DNA of 32,000 nt from Candidatus Saccharimonadota bacterium (GTDB taxonomy: Bacteria; Patescibacteriota; Gracilibacteria; UBA4473): contig OZ245819.1 of the NCBI GenBank assembly GCA_965228485.1, positions 1,263,316 to 1,295,315 on the forward strand, written 5' to 3'. Position numbers and translations under genes: made by a program. The notes beneath the pieces were generated by a model. The model saw only the letters and a list, made by a program, of their open reading frames with translations, was not told the DNA's origin and searched no databases. Positions 1-8,475 of the stretch are shown here, piece after piece (within the stretch, counting starts at the first letter, position 1; the number at the start of each line of letters is the position of its first letter).

Positions 1-1943
1 TCAATTGTTTTTGCAATAATTTCTGGGTCTATTTGATTTATTAACCCCAGGGCGTTTACAGCACCGTAGACGCTTCCTCCTTCGGGAGTTGTGTATTCTT
101 GTGTGTATGTGGAAGTTTCTCTTTCTTCTGGTTGATCGGACAGGAGAGGTGCTCCATTGATGGCAAATGAGACATTTGCCGATGTGGTATTGAATAGCTC
201 CCAAACCGGTTGTCCGTATGTTTCCCAGTCTTGAATGATGGTCGCATGAATATTTTCTTTCAGCAGATTTGCGTATCTAATATCGGCTGGGCTTGGTTTA
301 TCCAGTTCAGACAGGTCAGCATAGATCGTTTCAAATCGTTGATCTGGGTGTTGAGGATAGAATAAAGCCCACGCTTCTGCTCTTTGGGCATATTTTGCAG
401 TTTCATTCCTTAGACCATATTTTGGACCATGGATGCTGACGGTAGCAACCGTTATAGGTATTCCTTTGGCCGCCATTTTTTCTATGGCTCTTGTTACGCC
501 TGTATAACCTCCATTATAAGACATTTCGGAAAGTCCATGAATGGCACTAGCACTGGTATCAATTTCTAGATTCGGATATTTTTCGCTCAAATTTCTTAGA
601 AAAGTTACATATTGAGCATTTAGTCCGTATAGGTATTCACTTCCAATTCGAATATTGGTTTCCCAGTTTTCAGCATTTCCGAGGAAATTTGAAAATCTTT
701 GAGAAAGAATATCCAGCTGAGATTTATAAGTTTTGGGATTTTTGTACCAATTAAGCAGAATTCTATACATTTGATTTCCGTCTCTTCTTTTGAGGGCTGA
801 TTGATAATCAGAATCTGAAACATCTGTTGGAAAAATTTCTGGATAATTTTCCATAACGTATCTTGTAACTTTTAAATCTCCTCCAATAGGACTTCTTCGA
901 TCTGGCATAATTTGAGCGAGCCCCTGTGCTCCAACGCCTGATTCGGCGCTAGGTTTAAATGAGCTTTCGATGCTGACCACCCTTCTGATTGAAGGATGAA
1001 CTTCTCCTTCTTGCCAGAGTTCCCACACTTGGTTAAGCACGTCTCTTCGATTTCTTACGGTGTCAAAGTAGGTATTGGCTTCGTACTTTCTGGTTTGGGC
1101 TACTTTTAGATCAAATTCAACTTCTGCTTTAATAATCTCACTATCTTTGAGTTCTGCTTCAAAAGTATCAGGATCATACCGAACAATTTCAGAAGCTAGT
1201 TGAGCTTTTGTGGCTTCTTCAGCTCTATAAAGCGTGCTAAATCCATAAGCAGCTGTAGCGGCTAATACAAGTCGTGTTCCCCATCTAACGGGAGTTCCTA
1301 TTTTTTTGTCTATTTTTCGAGCCGTGTCTTCAACGATTTGGGAAAAACTTCGTTTATCGGTGGTTCGTCGACTGAGTTTTTCATAGTTATCATTGGCTTG
1401 TTGAATACTTTTCATCGCTAACTCAAAATCTCGTTGAGTTATTTGTAAGTCCTCGGTGGTGCTCTTGGCGTCTCTCGTGGCCTGCCTATTTAATTGCCAT
1501 GATCCAATTGAAGATTTTCGATTTTCTCTTTGGCTCAGGTATTGGTCGATCTTTTCGGCAAAACTATTAGCTTCATCTACAAGACTTTGAACCTGGCTAA
1601 AAAAATCTTCTGGATTGAGCATAACCAGTTTTTCTTCTTCATCATTTGCGATGATTTGATAATTTTCTAAAACACGAATAAAAGCCTCTATTGTTTCTCT
1701 AAATCGTGAGAGTGTTTTTGTGTTAATCGGGGATTTTCTTGGATCTCCATTTATGTAAAGAATATTGCCTTCATCGGTGTCTTCTATTTCGGGAGCACCG
1801 TTTAGCCAGTCTTCAGTTTCTGTGATTTGCTCAGAGATGGACATAAACTCTTTTACAACTGATAATAATTGAGTTTGAGCGGATAAAATATCATTTATTT
1901 GAGGACTTTCTTCTGGAGATTTTTTTGAGGCGTTTTGTTTCAT
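1..1943 (-). CDS. Lytic transglycosylase (SLT/GH23-like) domain protein with a long N-terminal helical region; the C-terminus runs off the left window edge
   Basis: Absent from the supplied ORF track because it has no in-window stop. The reverse frame opening at ATG (complement of 1941-1943) stays open to position 1, about 647 codons, hand-translated as MKQNASKKSPEESPQINDILSAQ... The track lists no ORF in this frame across 1-1943, which fits one uninterrupted frame. Around 960-990 it reads RRVVSIESSFKPSAESGVGAQGLAQIMPD and later LSEMSYNGGYTGV. These are the catalytic ES, GLxQ and YNxG motifs of the SLT family. The N-terminal ~320 aa are charged and helical, with no obvious signal peptide and one weak hydrophobic stretch (RLVLAATAAYGFSTLY). 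Confidence 0.75.
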   Translation of the reverse strand, partial: MKQNASKKSPEESPQINDILSAQTQLLSVVKEFMSISEQITETEDWLNGAPEIEDTDEGNILYINGDPRKSPINTKTLSRFRETIEAFIRVLENYQIIANDEEEKLVMLNPEDFFSQVQSLVDEANSFAEKIDQYLSQRENRKSSIGSWQLNRQATRDAKSTTEDLQITQRDFELAMKSIQQANDNYEKLSRRTTDKRSFSQIVEDTARKIDKKIGTPVRWGTRLVLAATAAYGFSTLYRAEEATKAQLASEIVRYDPDTFEAELKDSEIIKAEVEFDLKVAQTRKYEANTYFDTVRNRRDVLNQVWELWQEGEVHPSIRRVVSIESSFKPSAESGVGAQGLAQIMPDRRSPIGGDLKVTRYVMENYPEIFPTDVSDSDYQSALKRRDGNQMYRILLNWYKNPKTYKSQLDILSQRFSNFLGNAENWETNIRIGSEYLYGLNAQYVTFLRNLSEKYPNLEIDTSASAIHGLSEMSYNGGYTGVTRAIEKMAAKGIPITVATVSIHGPKYGLRNETAKYAQRAEAWALFYPQHPDQRFETIYADLSELDKPSPADIRYANLLKENIHATIIQDWETYGQPVWELFNTTSANVSFAINGAPLLSDQPEERETSTYTQEYTTPEGGSVYGAVNALGLINQIDPEIIAKTI

Positions 1944-2022
1944 TTTTGTATAATTCATTATATATTAACATTTTTTCGTATTTTTGACAACTCCTTAAGA
2001 GGTTATAAACTATTTATGAAAA

Positions 2023-2050
2023 TTGCCTTTTTAAGGCTAAAAACTAAAAT
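2023..2050 (+). promoter_or_regulatory. Putative sigma70-type promoter of leuS (TTGCCT-16 nt-TAAAAT)
   Basis: TTGCCT at 2023-2028, a 16-nt spacer, TAAAAT at 2045-2050, then 9 nt to ATG 2060. This implies a very short leader or none. It argues against the TTG 2054 start used by the track. Confidence 0.4.
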
Positions 2051-2059
2051 CTTTTGGCT

Positions 2060-4597
2060 ATGGAATACAATCATTTACAGATCGAACAAAAATGGCAAAA
2101 ATTTTGGGTTGAAAACAAAACCTTTAAAGCCACAGAAGATCCAAGCAAAGAAAAATACTATGCTCTGGATATGTTTCCTTATCCGTCAGGAGCAGGACTG
2201 CATGTAGGGCATCCTCTGGGATATACTGCGACTGATATCATTAGTCGTAAGAAACGAATGGAAGGGAAAAATGTGCTTCATCCAATGGGATGGGATGCCT
2301 TTGGACTTCCGGCTGAAAACTATGCGATTAAAACCGGTGTTCATCCGAGTATTTCTACGGCGGAAAATGAAGCCAACTTTAAAAGACAAATTCAAGAACT
2401 TGGGTTTAGTTATGATTGGGATCGATGTTTTTCAACGACTGATCCAAAGTATTTCAAATGGTCCCAGTGGATATTTTTGCAACTCTATCACAAAGGGCTT
2501 GCCTATGAAAAAGAGATGCCAATGAATTGGTGTCCAGAATGTAAAATTGTGGTCGCCAATGAAGAAGTAGTAGATGGGCGGCACGAGAGATGTGGGACTC
2601 TGGTAGAAAAACGCTACTTAAAACAGTGGATGTTTCGGATTACCGATTATGCTCAGAGATTATTGGATGATCTAGACGATCTGCCAGAATGGCCAGAAAA
2701 AATTAGAGCCATGCAATCTAATTGGATTGGTAGAAGTGAAGGAGCGGAGGTTGATTTTGAAATCAAAGGTGAAAAAGTTCGAGTTTATACAACCCGTCCA
2801 GATACACTGTTTGGGGCAACTTACTTTGTCATGTCTCCAGAACATCCAATGATTTCTGACATCGTAACTGATGACCAAAAGGCCGAAGTAGCAGCGTATC
2901 AAAAAGAAGTTTCGGCTAAATCTGATCTAGAACGAACCGAGCTTAATAAAGATAAAACGGGAGTTTTTACTGGCGCTTACGCTATCAACCCCGTTAACGG
3001 AAAAGAAATCCCAGTGTGGATTGCCGATTACGTGCTTATGAGTTACGGAACAGGTGCTATTATGGCGGTTCCAGCTCATGACGAGAGAGATTTTGAGTTT
3101 GCAATGAACCACGGGCTTGATGTAGTCCACGTTATTGATCCTGAGGGAGGAGGTTGCGATACTTCTTGTACTTATAAGTTTAGCAAAGATTCAAATAAAT
3201 CTGAGCTTATAACATCTAGAGAATTGATTTATCCTAATGATGATGAACTAAAAGAAGAATTTTGTTATACAGGAACTGGGTTAGTAAAAAATTCGGAATT
3301 CTTAGATGAACTGACGGTTGAAGAAGGAATTACGAAAATTATTGACTGGCTTGAAGAACAAGAAAAAGGGGAACGAAAAGTGAATTTTAAACTTCGTGAC
3401 TGGATATTTACCCGACAACGGTACTGGGGAGAACCGATTCCTTTAGTCTTTGATGAAGATGGAAAGGTTTATCCTTTGGATGATTCAGAGTTGCCAGTGC
3501 TTCTTCCAGAAACACCAGATTATGAACCGTCAGATGATGGTAAATCACCCTTAGCTAAGGTTGAGGATTGGGTGAATGTGAAGGGAGATATTACGCCAGA
3601 AGGAACGGTAAAGATTTCAGAAAACGGTTCTCTCAATTTCACCCGAGAAACGTCTACCATGCCGAATTGGGCGGGTTCTTCTTGGTACTGGCTGCGATTT
3701 ATGGATTCAGGTAATGATCAAGAATTTTGTTCAAAAGAAAGAGAGCAATACTGGGGACCGGTAGACTTGTATGTAGGAGGCGCTGAACATGCGGTATTAC
3801 ATCTTTTATATGGACGGTTCTGGCACAAGGTGTTATATGATCTGGGATACGTGTCTACGAAAGAACCGTTTAAAAAATTGGTAAACCAAGGAATGATTGC
3901 TGCTGAAGATGGACGAAAAATGTCTAAGTCTTTGGGGAACGTCGTTAACCCAGATGATGTTATCAAAGAATTTGGAGCTGATACTTTGCGGTGTTATGAA
4001 ATGTTTATGGGACCTTTTGAGCAAGGAAAATCATGGAATATGAATTCTGTGGCAGGGATTCGAAAATTCCTTGATCGGGTGCATCGATATTTTATGGAAA
4101 AAGAGGTGGTCGAGGCTTGCCCGGATGATGCGCTGATTTCCCTGACGCATAAAACAGTTAAAAAAGTAGGGGAGGATATTGATAATTTCCGATTTAATAC
4201 CGCCATCTCTCAAATGATGATTTGGATGAATGAGTTTTCAAAACTCGATCACATTCCAAAGATTGCTGGAAGTCGTTTTATTCGATTACTCGCTCCATTT
4301 GCACCGCATTTGGCAGAAGAAATTTGGCATACAAAGTTTAAAACTGATTCTGATACGATTACTTATGAATCTTGGCCAACTTATGATGAGAAATATTTAG
4401 TTGAAGATTCCGTAACTTATGCGGTTCAAGTGAATGGGAAGGTTCGGGCTGAACTCCCATTTGCCAAGGACGGAAAAAAAGATGAAGTTATTGCCGCTGC
4501 GAAAGACATTGAAAAAGTGTCTCAATACCTCAATGAAGGTGAAATTATGAAAGAGATATTTGTCCCTAACAAGATTGTTGGGTTTGTGGTGAAATAG
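2060..4597 (+). CDS. leuS: Leucyl-tRNA synthetase
   Basis: The track ORF opens at TTG 2054. ATG 2060 gives [16 protein letters not shown], a typical LeuRS N-terminus. It has the HIGH-type motif [14 protein letters not shown], the editing-domain motif [11 protein letters not shown], and KMSKSLGN (KMSKS). Length is about 845 aa. Confidence 0.97.
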   Translation: MEYNHLQIEQKWQKFWVENKTFKATEDPSKEKYYALDMFPYPSGAGLHVGHPLGYTATDIISRKKRMEGKNVLHPMGWDAFGLPAENYAIKTGVHPSISTAENEANFKRQIQELGFSYDWDRCFSTTDPKYFKWSQWIFLQLYHKGLAYEKEMPMNWCPECKIVVANEEVVDGRHERCGTLVEKRYLKQWMFRITDYAQRLLDDLDDLPEWPEKIRAMQSNWIGRSEGAEVDFEIKGEKVRVYTTRPDTLFGATYFVMSPEHPMISDIVTDDQKAEVAAYQKEVSAKSDLERTELNKDKTGVFTGAYAINPVNGKEIPVWIADYVLMSYGTGAIMAVPAHDERDFEFAMNHGLDVVHVIDPEGGGCDTSCTYKFSKDSNKSELITSRELIYPNDDELKEEFCYTGTGLVKNSEFLDELTVEEGITKIIDWLEEQEKGERKVNFKLRDWIFTRQRYWGEPIPLVFDEDGKVYPLDDSELPVLLPETPDYEPSDDGKSPLAKVEDWVNVKGDITPEGTVKISENGSLNFTRETSTMPNWAGSSWYWLRFMDSGNDQEFCSKEREQYWGPVDLYVGGAEHAVLHLLYGRFWHKVLYDLGYVSTKEPFKKLVNQGMIAAEDGRKMSKSLGNVVNPDDVIKEFGADTLRCYEMFMGPFEQGKSWNMNSVAGIRKFLDRVHRYFMEKEVVEACPDDALISLTHKTVKKVGEDIDNFRFNTAISQMMIWMNEFSKLDHIPKIAGSRFIRLLAPFAPHLAEEIWHTKFKTDSDTITYESWPTYDEKYLVEDSVTYAVQVNGKVRAELPFAKDGKKDEVIAAAKDIEKVSQYLNEGEIMKEIFVPNKIVGFVVK

Positions 4598-4779
4598 TGA
4601 TGGGGGCTCAACATTATGTGCCATATTTTTATTTAAAACATTTTGCATATAAGCAGTACTCTTTGGAACAATTGAAGGATAGAACTGACGTAAAGTTTAA
4701 TGTTTTTGATAAAGCTACAAAAACATCTGGTAAAAAGTTGATTTCAGAATATGCCAGCAAAGTATATTTTTTCAAATAA
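4597..4779 (+). pseudogene. Truncated N-terminal stub of a DUF4238-like gene
   Basis: A 60-aa ORF starts at GTG 4597 / ATG 4600 and overlaps the leuS stop. AQHYVPYFYLKHF resembles the HY[VI]PxFYL+xF N-terminal signature that I recall for DUF4238 proteins (normally about 250-300 aa). ...ISEYASKVYFFK resembles the following conserved block. The ORF stops at 4779 and no continuation is visible in any frame. Confidence 0.4.
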
Positions 4780-4903
4780 AGTTTTTCCAAGTATTCAAAA
4801 ATCTAATATTGGTTGGCACATCGTATAAATCTCCAGCTTGTCTGGAGTCGGATCACTTTTGTGTTTAAGTTGAGATTCTGGACAAGCCAGAAATTTTAAT
4901 GCT

Positions 4904-4988
4904 GTCATCCTGAGGAGGAACGACGAAGAATCTTTCAGGATTTTTTGTGGTATAATTTTTTTAAGATCCTTCGTAAACTCAGGATGAC
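4904..4988. repeat. Composite imperfect inverted repeat (REP/MITE-like palindromic element)
   Basis: The left arm GTCATCCTGAG..ACGAAGAATC (4904-4932) pairs with the right arm GATCCTTCGT..CTCAGGATGAC (4965-4988). The outer 11 bp are perfect and the inner 10 bp match 9/10. A second internal partner, TCAGGAT (4935-4941), can pair with ATCCTGA (4907-4913) and is followed by T5. The element is locally GC-richer than its surroundings. Confidence 0.7.
4948..4956 (+). promoter_or_regulatory. Extended -10 promoter element (TGgTATAAT) inside the loop of the inverted repeat, facing the argB-like gene
   Basis: Exact TGnTATAAT match at 4948-4956, 98 nt upstream of ATG 5054. There is no good -35, which extended -10 promoters do not need. 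Confidence 0.4.
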
Positions 4989-5053
4989 GCATATAAAACT
5001 TGCCTAATTTCTATTTGTTTGTATTTTGCATTTAATTTGTGATTTAGAATTAA

Positions 5054-5956
5054 ATGCTCAATACACTACCTACTTTGGATCAATATCATTTAGATAATTA
5101 CGACGACACAGAGGATGCTTTGGCTCGATTAAAAGCTTCTCCTTTGGTGGTAAAGATTAGTGGGAAAGTTGTTGGAGAGTCTGAAATTTTAGACAATGTT
5201 TTGTCCCAATTGGTGTTTTTGGCCAGAAATGGAGTTCAGTCGGTATTAATTCATGGGGCTGGTCCACAACTGAGTAGTCGGTTAGGTGAAAAAATTTTAG
5301 ATAGTAGGGGTGAGCGAGTGACTCCACCGAATAAGATCATTGATGTTCGTGGAGTGGCCGCGACTATAACCTTGGAAATTTTGAAACGTCTTGCAGCTAT
5401 GAATCAGACAGAAAAACTTCTTGAGGCGGCTTCTACGATTGGACCTTTAGGATTTAGAGGAAAGATTAGAGATAAAGATGCCAATGTGAGCGGTGATATA
5501 TTAAATATTGATGATTATGTGACTGATAAACTCACTAGCCTGGCTCAAAGAGATGATGTTTTTCGTCGGTTGTTGGTTATGGGGCATGTAGGGCAAGAGG
5601 ACGGAGCCCTTACTAATATCAATGCTGATAATGTGGCGGGGAAGATGGCGACAGAAATAGGCGCTGCAAAATTATTGATTCTAGGATCTAGTAATGGAAT
5701 TTTGGATCCAAATGGAGATACTGTAGGAGAAGTGACTCCTGATGGAGTTGAAGCTCTTATTGATTCAGGAGTGATTACTGAAGGGATGATTCCAAAGGCG
5801 CGTATGGCTGAAGAAGTGGCCAAAAATGGAACTTCAGTTCATATCATGCCACAGTCTAAAGACTATGGAGATTTAATTTTAAGAGAGCTACTCAATAAAG
5901 CAGGATGTCCGAAACGATCAACTCTTCTAACTCATTTTGAGTCAACATCTTTGTAG
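5054..5956 (+). CDS. argB: Amino-acid kinase family protein, N-acetylglutamate kinase-like
   Basis: 300 aa. Motifs LVVKISGKVV, VLIHGAGPQ, GERVTP, NINADNVAGKMA and EGMIPK follow the NAGK (ArgB/LysZ) pattern. No other arginine biosynthesis genes lie in the window, so the substrate assignment is tentative. Confidence 0.65.
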   Translation: MLNTLPTLDQYHLDNYDDTEDALARLKASPLVVKISGKVVGESEILDNVLSQLVFLARNGVQSVLIHGAGPQLSSRLGEKILDSRGERVTPPNKIIDVRGVAATITLEILKRLAAMNQTEKLLEAASTIGPLGFRGKIRDKDANVSGDILNIDDYVTDKLTSLAQRDDVFRRLLVMGHVGQEDGALTNINADNVAGKMATEIGAAKLLILGSSNGILDPNGDTVGEVTPDGVEALIDSGVITEGMIPKARMAEEVAKNGTSVHIMPQSKDYGDLILRELLNKAGCPKRSTLLTHFESTSL

Positions 5957-5989
5957 ATAACTACAGTGTATATTTTATGAGCGGAAGTC

Positions 5990-6658
5990 TTATTTGCCTC
6001 GTTTTTGTTGTCCAATATATCCACAAACAGCTGCGACTAGTAACATTGTGGCCCCTACGCCCTCATAAACTGGACGGTTTAGCTCTAGCTCTCCGAGTTG
6101 TAAGAGGTTAGCAACGAGTTCTTCTCCAATCAGTTCAACGCCGGCTATATTCTGAAGCCCTGCTTTTGCTTTCCCCCAGTTATTGGCTCGATCACTTGAT
6201 TTTTTAGTATTATCAACTTCACAGCTTTCTGGGTCATAGATAGCTCGGGCTGCTTCGGAGAATTGTTCTCCAATAGAGCCTCGTTTTAGTGTAGACCTGA
6301 CGTCAATTCCTAGGTTTGCAAGATAGCTAATGGCTACGTAGGGATTTAGCGTCTGGGCTAATACATACATCGCGGTAATATAGGTTCGAACTTTATCAAG
6401 CAAAGGGTCTAGACGTGCTCCCTCTTTGGTTCTTAAGTGGTCTGGGTAGCTTCGAGCCACTTGACCATCAATTACATCACTGGCGCTTCCTATAACCTTT
6501 CCTACAACAGGTCCGACACCATAAGTGTCGGCTACGGTTTCGGCTACGAAGCTTCCAGCTTCAAGAGCCGCTCCATAGAATCCAATTCTGTTGGGATGTA
6601 ATTCTTTCCTCAGGTAAGAGGGTGGGGCGGTTTCAATGGTTGCTTGTTTGATTCCCAT
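5990..6658 (-). CDS. CDP-alcohol phosphatidyltransferase-like protein (atypical)
   Basis: ATG at 6658 (MGIKQATIE...) is preferred over the track's TTG at 6694. DVIDGQVAR-x10-GARLDPLLD fits the D-G-x2-A-R...G-x3-D-x3-D signature. There are few hydrophobic segments (for example GATMLLVAAVCGYIG at the C-terminus) and a large hydrophilic insert. Confidence 0.5.
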   Translation of the reverse strand: MGIKQATIETAPPSYLRKELHPNRIGFYGAALEAGSFVAETVADTYGVGPVVGKVIGSASDVIDGQVARSYPDHLRTKEGARLDPLLDKVRTYITAMYVLAQTLNPYVAISYLANLGIDVRSTLKRGSIGEQFSEAARAIYDPESCEVDNTKKSSDRANNWGKAKAGLQNIAGVELIGEELVANLLQLGELELNRPVYEGVGATMLLVAAVCGYIGQQKRGK

Positions 6659-6755
6659 CGTGTGTATTTCTAGTTTTATTTTTATAAATTTCAATTAAAA
6701 TTTGCAAAAAAGTTTAAATATAATAATTTACAACTTGAATTAACCCACAATTACC

Positions 6756-8474
6756 ATGGATTTGGCAACTCTTGACGCACATTTTCCTGCTGGAAAGGCT
6801 ATCCCAGGTTTTGAATTTAGAAGTACTCGTGATCCCGAAAAAACCGCGGATGCTTGGGAAGCTCTAGTCGCAGGACAGGCTCCTGATGGAGGTTTATATG
6901 TTCCAGATGTGGAAGATATGAAGCCTTTTGACGATTCTTTTTTCCAGCCATCAGGAGAAGGTGAGAAACCTTCGATTTATGATCTTTCTATGTCTCAAAT
7001 GTCGGCTTTATTGCTTCGTCAGTTTATTCCTTCTGAAGGAGAAAATGGCCTTTCAAATCAAGAGCTACAAGAAATGATGGATATTGCTCATAATTTTGAC
7101 CTGCCTTTAGAGCTCTTGGATGAGCGGACAAGTGTGGCGTGGCTGAGTGAATCAGAAACAGCTAGTTTTAAAGATTTTGCCGCTCGAGCCATTGCTCAAC
7201 TTTTAGAAAAAAATTGTGAGAGAACTCAGACTCCAAAAAATATTGTAGTGGCAACATCTGGGGATACTGGAGTGGCTATTGCTGATGCTTTTGGAGGTTC
7301 TAAGTGGGTGACGGTTACGGTGCTTTATCCAGCAGGCAAAGTAAGTCCTGTACAGGAAGCTCAGATGATCGATGCGGCTGAAAAATATCCAAATGTTCAG
7401 TGTCTTCCCGTTGATGGGGATTTTGATAAAGCTCAGGCATTTTCTAAGTCTATGCAGTTTATGCGTGATTTAGATCCTGCAGAAGAAGGTGGAGTTGAAG
7501 CTTTATCAACTAAGATGAAAGAGCAGTTAAATATTTCTTTAGCGGATGAAACGATTACCGATTTAGCAGAAGAACTTCAAAAACTAGAGCTTGCGAGTGC
7601 GAATTCCATTAATATTTGGAGATTACTGCCTCAGATGACACAGTATTTTGTGAGTTATGCTGAAGCGGTTAAAGAGGGAAGAATTGAGGCTGATCAAGAC
7701 ATAGTATTTGCCGTGCCAACCGGTAATGTTGGGCACTTAATGGCAGGGCTTTATGCGAAACAATTAGGGCTTCCAGTGAAAAAATTTGTCGTTGGAACGA
7801 ATGATAATGATATTGTCGCGTGTGCGATTCGTGACTTTGAACTAAATCATCATAATCTCACCCGAAATGCTAAGGATGAAAACGAAGCTCATGTGACAGA
7901 TTCTCCATCCATGGATATCGCTGATCCGAGTAATCTAGAACGACTACTTACGATTGTTCGGGATTTATATGATCCAGAAGCTAAAATTGATCTTGAGCAG
8001 TTGAAAAAAGACACCAAAGCTTTTTTTCCAGGTCAAGAAGGTATTCCACTGTCTAAGTATGGGGTGACGAAAAAAATGAAAGTAGGAATGGGTGAATTAT
8101 TTTATGCGGATAATACTTCTAATGAAGAAGCGCTTAATCGTATTGAGGCTGTGTCTAGACATTCTGAAAACTCGACACTACTGGAACCTCATGGAGCTTG
8201 TGCCTTTGATGCGTTGGAAAATGCACGAGGAAAAGGGGCTGTTGAAGCTCATGACTATGCAATTGTACTTGAAACCGCCGATAAAGATAAATTCCCAGAT
8301 GCTTACCGAAAAATTGGAATGGATGTTCCAGAAAAAACACACCATAGACTTAAAGCCCTTGATACAGAGAATCCTCAGAATCCTGAAGATGTGGTGGCTC
8401 AGGTGGCAGATGTAGTTGCAAAAGTTAAAGCGATTGCTGAAAAATCTAAAGCCAATCGAGGGGTGTTTAAATAG
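6756..8474 (+). CDS. thrC: Threonine synthase
   Basis: N-terminus FRSTRDP...APDGGLYVP, PLP-lysine motif ASFKDFA, then ATSGDTG, SANSINIWRLLPQMTQYF, PTGNVGH and EPHGACAF. This is the E. coli-type ThrC pattern. At 572 aa it carries extra inserts. Confidence 0.9.
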   Translation: MDLATLDAHFPAGKAIPGFEFRSTRDPEKTADAWEALVAGQAPDGGLYVPDVEDMKPFDDSFFQPSGEGEKPSIYDLSMSQMSALLLRQFIPSEGENGLSNQELQEMMDIAHNFDLPLELLDERTSVAWLSESETASFKDFAARAIAQLLEKNCERTQTPKNIVVATSGDTGVAIADAFGGSKWVTVTVLYPAGKVSPVQEAQMIDAAEKYPNVQCLPVDGDFDKAQAFSKSMQFMRDLDPAEEGGVEALSTKMKEQLNISLADETITDLAEELQKLELASANSINIWRLLPQMTQYFVSYAEAVKEGRIEADQDIVFAVPTGNVGHLMAGLYAKQLGLPVKKFVVGTNDNDIVACAIRDFELNHHNLTRNAKDENEAHVTDSPSMDIADPSNLERLLTIVRDLYDPEAKIDLEQLKKDTKAFFPGQEGIPLSKYGVTKKMKVGMGELFYADNTSNEEALNRIEAVSRHSENSTLLEPHGACAFDALENARGKGAVEAHDYAIVLETADKDKFPDAYRKIGMDVPEKTHHRLKALDTENPQNPEDVVAQVADVVAKVKAIAEKSKANRGVFK

Positions 8475-8475
8475 G

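Noticed and set aside
1984-2009. Consensus TTGACA (1984-1989) as the leuS -35
   Set aside because: The only nearby -10-like hexamer (TATAAA at 2004-2009) is 14 nt away, which is too short. The TTGCCT-16-TAAAAT pair at 2023-2050 has better geometry.
1935-2207. 90-aa plus-strand ORF spanning the leuS promoter and start
   Set aside because: It overlaps leuS out of frame and covers the AT-rich promoter region. The peptide (MFHFCIIHYILTFFRIF...) looks like translated AT-rich DNA.
3130-3400. Apparent insertion in LeuRS ([30 protein letters not shown]...)
   Set aside because: Bacterial LeuRS enzymes, E. coli included, have a variable segment of comparable length between the editing domain and the conserved RLRDW block. 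It is a divergent segment, but not an extra domain or an intein (no intein splice-junction motifs).
4795-4992. 65-aa minus-strand track ORF (MRHPEFTKDL...SSSFLLRMTALKF...)
   Set aside because: It is a read-through translation of the palindromic element at 4904-4988. It has no start-site context and low-complexity, element-derived sequence, so I treat it as spurious.
5026-5050. TTGCAT / TAGAAT pair immediately upstream of the argB-like ATG
   Set aside because: The spacer is only 13 nt, and the -10 ends 3 nt before the ATG, so the predicted transcription start would fall inside the coding sequence. The extended -10 at 4948-4956 is the more credible promoter.
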